In this document: positions 19,445 to 28,741 of the stretch, in pieces
Numbering within the stretch: position 1 is the first letter of the stretch
Layout of the letters: every line of letters begins with the position of its first letter
Assembly (NCBI GenBank): GCA_019058245.1
Contig: JAHPZJ010000020.1
Span: forward strand, 9,986 to 73,985
DNA: 64,000 nucleotides
From: Promethearchaeota archaeon
GTDB taxonomy: Archaea > Asgardarchaeota > Lokiarchaeia > Sigyniarchaeales > SOKP01
Direction of reading: 5' to 3'
The notes under the pieces: generated by a model
Seen by the model: only the letters and a program-made list of their open reading frames with translations
Told to the model about the DNA's origin: nothing
Databases searched by the model: none
Made by a program: the position numbers and the translations under genes

Positions 19445-20308
19445 ATGGAAGATAAAATATTAGACGGAAAAAAATTAGCATATGAGTTAAATGCTGAACT
19501 TAAAGAAAAAATTTCAAAGGCTGTAAAAAAGACAGGTATTATACCAAAATTAATAACGATTTTAGTAGGTAAAGATAGTGCTTCAAAAACTTACGTTAAT
19601 ATCAAGCAAAAAACATGTCAAGAAATAGGAATAGATTCTAAAATAATAGAACTGGATGAAAACATATCAAAGGAACAATTAAGGGATGAAATAAGTAAAC
19701 TTAACAATGATCCTACTACTCATGCTATACTTCTACAATTACCTTTACCTAAAAAATTAAGAGAATATACTCCAGATTTTCTGGAACAAATATCATCGTC
19801 AAAAGATGCTGATGGTTTACATCCCTTTAATCGTGGAAAACTTTTTGATTACAATGAAGAATTAGCTGCTTGTACTCCCAAAGGGATAATAAAATTATTA
19901 GAACATTATGATATTGAAATTAAGGGAAAAGATGTAGTTATAATAAATCGATCAAATTTAGTTGGAAAACCCTTGATTTTTATGTTGCTAAAAAGAAATG
20001 CAACAGTTACAATCTGTCATACCTCAACAAAAGATATTAATGAATACATCCGAAAAGCAGATATCTTGATAACTGCTGTTAGACAACCAAATTTTATAAC
20101 TAAAGACAAAATTAAGGAGGGGGTAATTATAATAGATGTTAGTACAAATCGTGTTGAAGGAAAATTATGTGGTGATGTAGATTTTGAAAATGTTTTAGAA
20201 AAATGTCAAAAAATAACCCCCGTTCCTGGTGGAATAGGACCAATGACAGTGGCAATGCTTTGTGATAATACTTTCACAGCCTATAAGAAACAGGTAAATA
20301 TTTCTTAA
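19445..20308 (+). CDS. folD: Bifunctional methylene-THF dehydrogenase / methenyl-THF cyclohydrolase
   Basis: ILVGKDSASKTYVNIKQK, LLQLPLP, DADGLHPFN, VIINRSNLVGKPL and VPGGIGPMTVAML are present. Confidence 0.9.
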   Translation: MEDKILDGKKLAYELNAELKEKISKAVKKTGIIPKLITILVGKDSASKTYVNIKQKTCQEIGIDSKIIELDENISKEQLRDEISKLNNDPTTHAILLQLPLPKKLREYTPDFLEQISSSKDADGLHPFNRGKLFDYNEELAACTPKGIIKLLEHYDIEIKGKDVVIINRSNLVGKPLIFMLLKRNATVTICHTSTKDINEYIRKADILITAVRQPNFITKDKIKEGVIIIDVSTNRVEGKLCGDVDFENVLEKCQKITPVPGGIGPMTVAMLCDNTFTAYKKQVNIS

Positions 20309-20494
20309 TATAAATATAATTTTTAAATCTAAATTTAAATTTAACTTAAAATATTAGTATTTCAGATAAAAAATAGTTAAACATATATTAGATAAAGGGT
20401 AAAAAGAAAGAAATATAAAGTTTGATTATTACTATAAAAAACATATTCTAATTAATTAAATATTTTTGAATCAGTAAACAAATCCTTTTGAAAG

Positions 20495-20950
20495 ATGGCA
20501 ATTTTAGAAATTGGTATTAATCTCGGCATGAGAAATTTAGTTGAAATTAAATATTATTCATCTTCGGATAATGTCTTGGATCCAAATTTGCGTGCTGGTT
20601 TCCTAACAGCTCTAGAATCCTTCACATCAGAGGTATTCGGCGATGATATAAATGTAATCAGCCTTGCGAGTTTTAAATTAGTTTGTTATTGCGAAATGAT
20701 TACTTTACCTAGTGATGATTTAAATAATAAACAACCCTTATTATCATATGCCATAATTGAAAAAGGAACAGATGCCTCAGTAGTAAAACAACAGTTGAGT
20801 CAAATTATCTCATACTTTCTCAATCGTTATCCCTTAAATGATATTTTTTCAAAAAAACCTAAATATTTTCGACAATTTGAGAGTAGAATTAATGAGATTT
20901 TAGGAGATTTAAGATTAAAAACTGAGGATAGATTTCGTTCTTTATTTTAA
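20495..20950 (+). CDS. Longin/roadblock-like (SNARE-like fold) small protein
   Basis: It is 151 aa with a beta-beta-alpha-beta-beta-beta-alpha pattern, and the helix reads LRAGFLTALESFTSEVFG. It aligns with the ORF at 54181. The fold assignment rests on pattern only. Confidence 0.5.
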   Translation: MAILEIGINLGMRNLVEIKYYSSSDNVLDPNLRAGFLTALESFTSEVFGDDINVISLASFKLVCYCEMITLPSDDLNNKQPLLSYAIIEKGTDASVVKQQLSQIISYFLNRYPLNDIFSKKPKYFRQFESRINEILGDLRLKTEDRFRSLF

Positions 20951-20972
20951 ATTAATCCTGTAGTGTTTTAAG

Positions 20973-22166
20973 TTGAGTTCTAATTTACCACCTTTAGCTA
21001 AAGCGAAATATCAAGAGTATTTAGATGCTGGAGCTTTAGAAGATAGGATAAAAAAGTTAGAGGAATTTCTATCCTTAGTTCCTAAGCATAAAGCAACAGA
21101 AAAGATTGTTGCCCTTAATAAATCACGCTTAGCTAAGATGAAGCGTGAACTAGAAGATCGTAAATTAAAACAAAAAAGTACTCAGAAAATTGTTAGTCCT
21201 TTTTCAATAAAAAAAGAAGGAATACAAGTAATATTAATTAGTAGCTTCCAAACACCAGGGGCAGGAAAAACTTCAATCCTAAACTACCTAACAGGCGCAG
21301 CAAAAGAGAACATTGGAAAATTTACAGCACTACCAGAAATTGGAATATATAAATATCAGAAGATCCGGTTTCAAATAGTAGAAATGCCCGCTATTATGGA
21401 AGGCGCTTCTGATGGTGTAGGAAATGGAAAGGAAATACTTTCACAACTTAGAGCAGCAGATTTATTATGTTTATGCATAGATTTATCAAGAAATATAGAA
21501 GACCAGATGAATTTATTATTGTCTGAATTATCAAAGGCTGATATTCGAATAAATGAATCACCGCCCCCTTTAACAATTGAAAAAACGGGTGCCAACAAGG
21601 TTCAGGTTCTTTATCTCACTAAAGAAGCTAAAAATGTTGAAGGACTAGGAGATTTTACAGATCAAATAAAAGAATTAGTTTATGAAAATGGGATTCGTAA
21701 TGGGATTGTAAAAGTTTATGGTCAGATTACTCTTGATGATATTGTGGATGCATTAACTCCTTCCGTTGTATATAAAAAAGTAATATTGTTAGGAACTAAA
21801 GGAGATCTATCTCATACTCAAGATATTTTTGAAAGCTTAAAAGAAAACTATAAAGATATGTTTCCTATAATTATTGGTACAAGCTATATGAAAGAAAAAC
21901 TTCCTAAAGATTTTGGTGAAATCATATTAAAATTCTTAAATAAAATCAGGATATACACTATGAGTAGTGGAATTATTGCTCAACAACCATTAATAATGGA
22001 TGAGAATTCTACTATTAAAGATGTAGCTTTAAAAGTTCATAGAAGTTTTTTTGAATCATTCGAACATGCAATAGTTATACGGGAAGGAGAACGACAGAAA
22101 CGTAAGAAAGTTGGTCTAGATTATATTCTAAAAGATCTTGATGTAGTAGAAATACATATAACCTAA
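20973..22166 (+). CDS. DRG/Rbg-like Obg-family GTPase with C-terminal TGS domain; divergent G motifs
   Basis: It has an N-terminal helical region (ALNKSRLAKMKRELE), a P-loop PGAGKTS, G4 TKGD and a C-terminal TGS-like IRIYTMSS...VHRSFFESFEHAIV...LKDLDVVEI. G3 reads VEMPAI instead of DxPG. The start codon is TTG. Confidence 0.75.
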   Translation: MSSNLPPLAKAKYQEYLDAGALEDRIKKLEEFLSLVPKHKATEKIVALNKSRLAKMKRELEDRKLKQKSTQKIVSPFSIKKEGIQVILISSFQTPGAGKTSILNYLTGAAKENIGKFTALPEIGIYKYQKIRFQIVEMPAIMEGASDGVGNGKEILSQLRAADLLCLCIDLSRNIEDQMNLLLSELSKADIRINESPPPLTIEKTGANKVQVLYLTKEAKNVEGLGDFTDQIKELVYENGIRNGIVKVYGQITLDDIVDALTPSVVYKKVILLGTKGDLSHTQDIFESLKENYKDMFPIIIGTSYMKEKLPKDFGEIILKFLNKIRIYTMSSGIIAQQPLIMDENSTIKDVALKVHRSFFESFEHAIVIREGERQKRKKVGLDYILKDLDVVEIHIT

Positions 22167-24868
22167 TATTTGATCTTCTCTATTAAGTTTGGTATCTCTA
22201 AAATCTCTTTCCTGTAATCACTATCTAAATTAGCTAAACCATCACCAATATTTTTAACACTTTCTAAACTGTAAATTAACTCCTCGAGGTATGTTATAAG
22301 ATCTCCTTTAAAGACTAATATCTTATATTCTTTAATCAAATAGTTAGAAATTTCTTCAATTGTCATTTTATCTTTAACTCGTAAATTTAATATTAATTTT
22401 TCCAAACTTAATCGTCCACAATCGCAATATGGATTATCCTTACAGGTACAATTAAATATATCACTTGTTAATTTCATAATAAAGTCAATAAAATCACGTG
22501 AAAATGTTTTTCTTTTTTTTACATAATCAGCATTCATCAATGATAATACACTAGCACTGAATAAATTGTTGGAAAAATATTTCATATTAACATTTTTTGA
22601 TAAATCGGCAACTAAATCTTTAGATAAATAAACATTTCTAAGATTTTCTAAGTCTAAAGCAATATCTAAAGGATTCTTAATTTTATCTTGCATTACTTTA
22701 ATTATCTCAAGACTTTTTTCAACAGATAAAAAGGAATTGGCAATTGCTCTTCCTAAACGAGTGTTTTTTAATTTTAAGTCTTCTCTAATTCGCACTAATT
22801 TAAAGGACAATAATTTCTTCAAAATCGCCTCTAGGTCAAAATAATTATTGATTAAATTATCATAAAATTTAAAGATGATTTCCTTTGAAATCCATTCATT
22901 AAACATAGCAATAAATGCAAGAATTTCTGTTTGTGACTTATCTTCATTAGGAATAAGTTCATAATCCTTGATCTTTCCATTTAAAAGTTTAATCGCAATA
23001 TTTTCTTCTGTAATTTTCATTTTGGGAGAATAAACTTTTCCAGGCTCAACAAGTATATAGGCTAAACCTTTCTCATGCTTTTTTAATCTTCCCGATCTTC
23101 CAATCATTTGTTCAAATTCAGCAACTGTTAACCACTTTATACCCATTGCTAAAGACTCAAAAATAACTTGACTTGCGGGAAGATCAACTCCTGCAGCTAA
23201 AGCAGCAGTTGCAACTACTCCCATTATTTGCTGAGATTGAAAATTTTCTTCAATTTTTTTTCTTTCTTCGTTTGTTAATCCAGAATGATAAGCAACTACT
23301 GGAAGATTTCTGTGTTGCAAATATAAGGATATTGATTCACACTTTTTACGAGTATTTGTGAATACTATTGATTGACCTTTGAATCCATAAATGGATTTTT
23401 TAGAAAAGGCAGCTTTAATTAAGTTAGAAATATATTTTTGTTTTTGAGTTTCATTCAGACACATTAATAAATGACGTTCGACCGGGACTGGGCGATTATC
23501 ATACCTAATTAATTCACAGTTTAGTTTTTTTGCTAATAATTTTGGTTCTCCTAATGTTGCACTCAAATATAGAAACTGGGAATTAAATTGCGTTTTTAAC
23601 CGGGATATTAAACCATCTAATATAAATCCTCGCTCTTGATCTATCAACGTTTGAATTTCATCGATAATAATTGTCCCAATATTTCCTAAAAGCGCTATAT
23701 TCCCACTTCTTAAAATATAATCAATTGCCTCATAAGTTGCAATAATCACATGAGCATTAACTAAATCTTTAATATTGTTTTCCTCTTTTTTTCCAAATAA
23801 AGACTCTCCAACTCTTTTTATTACCTTCAAATTAATTGATTTATATTTTTCTTTAAATTCTTCTGTTCTTATATTGGCCAAAGCCACAATCGGTACTAAG
23901 TATAACATCTTAGCGTTTCTCTGATTTAAAACTTTTGATATTCCCGCTAATTCACCTACTAATGTTTTACCTCCACTTGTAGGGGCCATTATTAATTGAT
24001 TAGTATGTTCTGATAATAACCCTTTTTCTATAGAAATTGCTTGTATTGGTAATAAAGTAGTTAAATTTAGCTCTTTCATTATCTTTTTAAACACTGTAGG
24101 AATATTCAGATTGTCAATTTTTTGATTAAGATATTTTTTATTGATTGAAGGTGTCTTTTCAACATCATAGAGCGTTATTTCACGGTCTTTTACAGGATTA
24201 AAATCGGTCTTAAAAGCATCTAATATTTTTTTGACATCTTTAAATTTAAGAATCATATGCATTAGAAAATTCTTTAACTTAGGACTGATTTTCTCTTTAG
24301 AAATCATCCCTGTCAATTTTATTCTGTTCACAACAATATCATAAGAGCATTCGGAACAGATAATTTGATTTTTTAAAGATTTAATTTGATTGTTCTTATT
24401 TAGTAATGTAAACTTATTTTTATCTAAACATGAATCACAAATAGTTAAATTGATGATTTTCTCTGTATCAAATTGAAAACTGTTCAACATCTCTTTAACT
24501 GGTAATATATCTTCAGATCTGGTTTGGTTTGAAAATGCAATAAATTTATTCTTATCTGAAACCATAAATTTCTTAAGTAAACGTGGATCAACTGGTTTTG
24601 AGTTTCCATTATTCTCAATTTTATTAAAATAAAGTGGTCTCATCTTGTTTTTAAAATCTAACCCAAAAATTACCGTACCTTTAAAGAATGGTTCATTTAC
24701 ATATGTAAATTTGAATTTTTTTTTCTTGAATGATTTAAGGTAAAAGAAATTAATATTAAAAAGTAATTCTTTTCTATGCTCACGATTTCTATCCAAAACA
24801 ATGAAAAAATTTCTTAAAGGAACACTCAATTTGAATCCATTAGTGGATAATAATAAATTAGTATGCAA
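22163..24868 (-). CDS. Superfamily-2 (Ski2/Hel308-like) DEAD/DEAH-box helicase with an N-terminal ~290-aa extension
   Basis: Motif I MAPTSGGKT, motif II IIDEIQ, motif III LSAT and motif VI QMIGRSGR are present. The N-terminal region has CDSC...CSEC and the C-terminal region has CTCKDNPYCDCG. Confidence 0.85.
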   Translation of the reverse strand: MHTNLLLSTNGFKLSVPLRNFFIVLDRNREHRKELLFNINFFYLKSFKKKKFKFTYVNEPFFKGTVIFGLDFKNKMRPLYFNKIENNGNSKPVDPRLLKKFMVSDKNKFIAFSNQTRSEDILPVKEMLNSFQFDTEKIINLTICDSCLDKNKFTLLNKNNQIKSLKNQIICSECSYDIVVNRIKLTGMISKEKISPKLKNFLMHMILKFKDVKKILDAFKTDFNPVKDREITLYDVEKTPSINKKYLNQKIDNLNIPTVFKKIMKELNLTTLLPIQAISIEKGLLSEHTNQLIMAPTSGGKTLVGELAGISKVLNQRNAKMLYLVPIVALANIRTEEFKEKYKSINLKVIKRVGESLFGKKEENNIKDLVNAHVIIATYEAIDYILRSGNIALLGNIGTIIIDEIQTLIDQERGFILDGLISRLKTQFNSQFLYLSATLGEPKLLAKKLNCELIRYDNRPVPVERHLLMCLNETQKQKYISNLIKAAFSKKSIYGFKGQSIVFTNTRKKCESISLYLQHRNLPVVAYHSGLTNEERKKIEENFQSQQIMGVVATAALAAGVDLPASQVIFESLAMGIKWLTVAEFEQMIGRSGRLKKHEKGLAYILVEPGKVYSPKMKITEENIAIKLLNGKIKDYELIPNEDKSQTEILAFIAMFNEWISKEIIFKFYDNLINNYFDLEAILKKLLSFKLVRIREDLKLKNTRLGRAIANSFLSVEKSLEIIKVMQDKIKNPLDIALDLENLRNVYLSKDLVADLSKNVNMKYFSNNLFSASVLSLMNADYVKKRKTFSRDFIDFIMKLTSDIFNCTCKDNPYCDCGRLSLEKLILNLRVKDKMTIEEISNYLIKEYKILVFKGDLITYLEELIYSLESVKNIGDGLANLDSDYRKEILEIPNLIEKIKY

Positions 24869-24955
24869 CTCAACAATTCAATTTTTCTATATTAAAAAAA
24901 CTAAAATCATTTAAGTAAGGATTTAGATTTAGGTAAATAAAAAATAAATTAAAAA

Positions 24956-25117
24956 TTAGAAACCAAAAACTTGTTTAATTTTATCATAGACTTCTTTTAT
25001 TTGCCTAAGTTTTGTCTCATCTCCTTGATTCATAAAATGGGTAATCCAATCAGCTAGACCATTATTTTTAATCCATTCAAGAAAATATTCAACAGATTGG
25101 CGTTCTTCAGCAGACAT
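24956..25117 (-). CDS. Possible small protein (53 aa), hypothetical
   Basis: I translated an ATG-to-TAA ORF by hand (MSAEERQSVEYFLEWIKNNGLADWITHFMNQGDETKLRQIKEVYDKIKQVFGF). Its composition looks like a real helical protein. It is below the ORF-track cut-off. Confidence 0.3.
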   Translation of the reverse strand: MSAEERQSVEYFLEWIKNNGLADWITHFMNQGDETKLRQIKEVYDKIKQVFGF

Positions 25118-25268
25118 TTTTTCTTTTACTTTTCTCTTATATTTATTTTTATTTTTAATTTTCTACCTATATAAAGATTATAAATTATTCTATTTTATAT
25201 TTTTATAATTCCAAATCAATTTAATTTTACATATAAAATATAAAAATAAATTTTTGAAATGATATAAT

Positions 25269-26225
25269 ATGTCGGTAAGAATTAAAACTCCAAATTTAGA
25301 TGAAATTTTTGAGAAATGGAAACAGAAAGCAGTAAGAACAGACAAAAAAAAGATGGAAAAGCAATTTGGAACAAAAGGAGCAGTTTTTTCTTTAGATGCT
25401 GTAAGTGCAGCGGAATATGTTAAGGATACAATGAAAGAAGCAGCTATTTATTTCGCTGTGAAAAAATCTCTTGGTCCCGCCCCCAAAGGCAAAGAAGAAA
25501 ATTTAGTGCTTGCTCCAAAAGTAAGTAGAGAGCAATATTATTCCTTCAAAGGAGCAGGTAATATAAATAAAGAAAATTGGAAAAGTAATGATATGGTACC
25601 TCACTATGAATCAATTCAAGCGGTCCCTTGCAAGAATTGTAAGGGGAAGGGGTATATGGAGAATAAATGCAAAACTTGTAAAGGAACTGGAAAAATTGAG
25701 GAAACACTTACAGTATTAGTTGGAGAAGAGCAAAAGAAGGAAAAGAAAATCTTTTCATATCCCTGTGGTGCCTGTTATGGAACTGGCAATAGACAAGAAC
25801 CATGCAAAGAATGTGGGGGGCATAAAAATATGTATAAATACGAGGTTCTCCCTGTTCCTTTCAAAACGGTAATTACTGGAGTTCCTATATTGCATAGTAG
25901 TGCTCAAACAAGATATGAGAAGCAAATCGGTGATGATCTTCATAAAATGATTGAAGATGTCGAAGGGATTAGATTTAGTGACTTTAAAGAATTAGAGTCG
26001 AAAGTTGAGCCTTCCTTAGGATATATGAATAAAAATATTAGTAAAACTGTTGGAGCTGCTAGAAGTGATTATAGGACTTATGAGAAAGATAAAGATGCTC
26101 AAATAACATCTCAAATTTACTTATTTCCAATGATTCAGATGTTCTGTGAGACTAAACGTGGAAGCAAGTTTGAAATTTATTCCCTTGGCTCTGGTAATAA
26201 ATTTATGATTTATTCAAACTTTTAA
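25269..26225 (+). CDS. Protein with a DnaJ-type cysteine-rich (CxxCxGxG x4) zinc-finger domain, otherwise uncharacterised
   Basis: Four repeats are present: CKNCKGKG, CKTCKGTG, CGACYGTG and CKECGGHK. There is no J domain. Confidence 0.6.
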   Translation: MSVRIKTPNLDEIFEKWKQKAVRTDKKKMEKQFGTKGAVFSLDAVSAAEYVKDTMKEAAIYFAVKKSLGPAPKGKEENLVLAPKVSREQYYSFKGAGNINKENWKSNDMVPHYESIQAVPCKNCKGKGYMENKCKTCKGTGKIEETLTVLVGEEQKKEKKIFSYPCGACYGTGNRQEPCKECGGHKNMYKYEVLPVPFKTVITGVPILHSSAQTRYEKQIGDDLHKMIEDVEGIRFSDFKELESKVEPSLGYMNKNISKTVGAARSDYRTYEKDKDAQITSQIYLFPMIQMFCETKRGSKFEIYSLGSGNKFMIYSNF

Positions 26226-26229
26226 ATTA

Positions 26230-26289
26230 TTTTTTTTAATTTAAATTACAAAAAATATTTCATTATACTGGAACCTCTCTTTTTTTTTT
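26230..26289 (+). terminator. Two oligo-T tracts (T8 and T10), candidate terminators
   Basis: T8 at 26230-26237 begins 5 nt after the stop codon, and T10 lies at 26280-26289. Confidence 0.4.
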
Positions 26290-26466
26290 GAATTTTTTAA
26301 AAATTACTGATAATGAGATTGTAATTCTAGTAAATACAAATAAAATAAACAAACTGTAAAAATACATTCTTATCATGAAATATATTTAAAACATATAAAG
26401 ATTTAAAAATAAAGGAGGATAGGTTACATATAAGTTTAAACTTATATATCTCAAAGTAGTGATAAT

Positions 26467-27117
26467 TTGCAGGAAGAAAGTAAAATAAAAAAAATTAAAA
26501 AATCCTATAAACCTAAAAATCTAATAGGATATCTCATACCAAATAATGTAATATCTATTTCAATTATTGGTATCTTTGCGGCATTAATTTGCATATTAAC
26601 AATGATAATTTCAATACCAATTCCAGCAACACAGGGCTTTATTAATATTGGAGATGCTGGTGTTATGTTTACAGGATTAATCTTTGGTCCTTTCATAGGA
26701 GGATTATCAGGTGGTATTGGTTCTGCTTTAGCAGATATTTTTCTGGGTTATACTATATACGCACCAGCTACATTAATTATTAAAGGATTAGAAGGATTAA
26801 TAATAGGGATAATTGCGAATCCTAGGAAAAATTATACAAAATTAAATTATCGAGATATTTTAGCGATTATAATTGGAGGGTTAATTATGGTATTTGGATA
26901 TTTTATTTATGAGATTATACTCTGGGGATTTGCAATTGCATTGTTTGAAGTAATTTTAAATGGGATTATACAATTTGGCCTTGCTGGTGTAATTTCTCTA
27001 ATTTTAGTATTAGTAGCTCGAAAAAACATTATTCAAAATTTTCCTCAAGTATTTGATAAGATATTTAAAATTGAAGAATTAGAAGAAATTGAGAATAGGA
27101 ATTTTAAAGAAGGGTAA
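26467..27117 (+). CDS. ECF-transporter S (substrate-binding) component-like membrane protein
   Basis: INIGDAGVMFTGLIFGPFIGGLSGGIGSALADIFLGY...LIIKGLEGLIIG matches the ECF S-component (riboflavin-type family) pattern. It has 5-6 TM helices and a TTG start. Confidence 0.7.
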   Translation: MQEESKIKKIKKSYKPKNLIGYLIPNNVISISIIGIFAALICILTMIISIPIPATQGFINIGDAGVMFTGLIFGPFIGGLSGGIGSALADIFLGYTIYAPATLIIKGLEGLIIGIIANPRKNYTKLNYRDILAIIIGGLIMVFGYFIYEIILWGFAIALFEVILNGIIQFGLAGVISLILVLVARKNIIQNFPQVFDKIFKIEELEEIENRNFKEG

Positions 27118-28555
27118 TTAACACATCCAAAGCATCTAATACTCGCTTTCCGCTATTAGTTATAAAATATAAAACATTCTTTCCTTCCTTTTTTCTTGAT
27201 ATTAAACCCTTTATTTCCAATTCTTTCAAATGCTGATAAATAGCAGCTAAGCTTATCGTGCCCATAGTTTCTTTAATATCTGTTCCGGTTATACCTTTAA
27301 TACTCGAAAGTGAGATTTGAGAAAGTATTTTTAACTTAGTAATGATGATAGAACCTTTTCCTGTAGTTTTGGTTTGGGATGAAATTGCTTCTAAAATATA
27401 GGGGGCTTTTAAACCACTTCCTGTAATGAGACACACAACAGAGTCTTTAGATTCAAACGTTTGTTTTTGTTCTAATAATTGAATAGCAGCAAGAGTTAAA
27501 GCTGAAGAAGGCTCTGCAAATATTCCCTCATCCCTTATAAGTTGCTCAATTGAAGGGAATATAAAATTTTCAGGAATAGCAATTACAGTTCCTTTACTAT
27601 CTTTTATACACTTAATTGCTAAATTTTTATATAACGGTTTTTGTACTAAGATACCTAATGCCATTGATTTAATATTTTTTGGAGATTCTTTTTTATGTTT
27701 ATGATTATTAAAAAAATCGTTTATAATCGGAGATGACGATTGAGATTGAACACCTATTAATTTTGGAATATCTTTAATAATTTCAATTTCTTTTAATTCA
27801 TTAAAACCTTTCCAAAGACTTACTAGAAGTTCTCCACTTCCCATTGGAATTATTATCCAATTGGGTAATTCAATCTGATTAATGATTTCATAAGCGATGG
27901 TTTTTTGTGCTTCTAGAGTTAGAGGATTTAATTCTGGGGTACATTGATAATAATCATTTAATTCATTATTATCTATTACATAATCGATAGCGTCATCAAC
28001 AGTATTTCCAATAGTTTTTAAATCAGAATCATATGCTATAATTTGAGCCTTTTTTCCCAAATCAATTTCATTAGGAATAATATTCAAACATTCTATTCTC
28101 TCAAGAGAAGAATATGCTGCAATTGAAGCACCTTGATTTCCATTCGACGCACAAACTATTTTATTAAAATCCCAACTCCTCGCATGTGATACTAATAATG
28201 CCGCTGCCCGATCCTTAAATGAATTCGTTGGATTTTTCGTTTCATCTTTAAAAAATAAATTTTTTATATTCAATTTTTCACTAAAACTTTTTGAAGCTCT
28301 ACAAGGAGTTCCTCCTTCTCCTAAAGATATGATAAAATCTTTTTTTATTGAAGGAAATGTGAAATTATAATCCCAGAAATTATTATTAATCTTAATTTTA
28401 GAAAATTTATCTTTAAACTTTTCAAGTTTGCATTCAAACCATAAAAATCCTCCACATTCAGGACACTTATGTTGGATTGAGCGGAATTCAGATTTTTTGC
28501 CGCATTCAATACAAGTTAGAGTTAGTGGATTTTTTATAATGGGATTACCTCTCAA
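27104..28555 (-). CDS. Threonine-synthase-like PLP enzyme with N-terminal zinc ribbon and C-terminal winged-helix domain
   Basis: It has CIECGK...CPECGG, the PLP-lysine motif FKDETKNPTNSFKDRAA and GNQGASIAAY. The C-terminal ~80 aa read ISLAAIYQHLKELEIKGLISRKKEGKNVLYFITNSGKRVL (ArsR/PadR-like wHTH). Confidence 0.8.
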   Translation of the reverse strand: MRGNPIIKNPLTLTCIECGKKSEFRSIQHKCPECGGFLWFECKLEKFKDKFSKIKINNNFWDYNFTFPSIKKDFIISLGEGGTPCRASKSFSEKLNIKNLFFKDETKNPTNSFKDRAAALLVSHARSWDFNKIVCASNGNQGASIAAYSSLERIECLNIIPNEIDLGKKAQIIAYDSDLKTIGNTVDDAIDYVIDNNELNDYYQCTPELNPLTLEAQKTIAYEIINQIELPNWIIIPMGSGELLVSLWKGFNELKEIEIIKDIPKLIGVQSQSSSPIINDFFNNHKHKKESPKNIKSMALGILVQKPLYKNLAIKCIKDSKGTVIAIPENFIFPSIEQLIRDEGIFAEPSSALTLAAIQLLEQKQTFESKDSVVCLITGSGLKAPYILEAISSQTKTTGKGSIIITKLKILSQISLSSIKGITGTDIKETMGTISLAAIYQHLKELEIKGLISRKKEGKNVLYFITNSGKRVLDALDVLITLL

Positions 28556-28741
28556 ATAGAAATTTATGTTTATTTACTTATTATTTGTTTTTTCTTATTA
28601 TTAAGTTCTTTTAGCAAATTTTCTATTTTCGCCAGAGAATATTATAGATTTTTGATAGTATAATTTTACGAAGTATCGTAAATCTTAAATTCAATATAGA
28701 ATTAAAAAACTCGATTAATATTTTTATCAAAGTGATTAGAA

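Noticed and set aside
26226-26466. Possible riboswitch (for example TPP or FMN) upstream of the ECF S-component gene
   Set aside because: I could not find the conserved CUGAGA/ACCUGA-type or other riboswitch core sequences by eye. The region is simply AT-rich.
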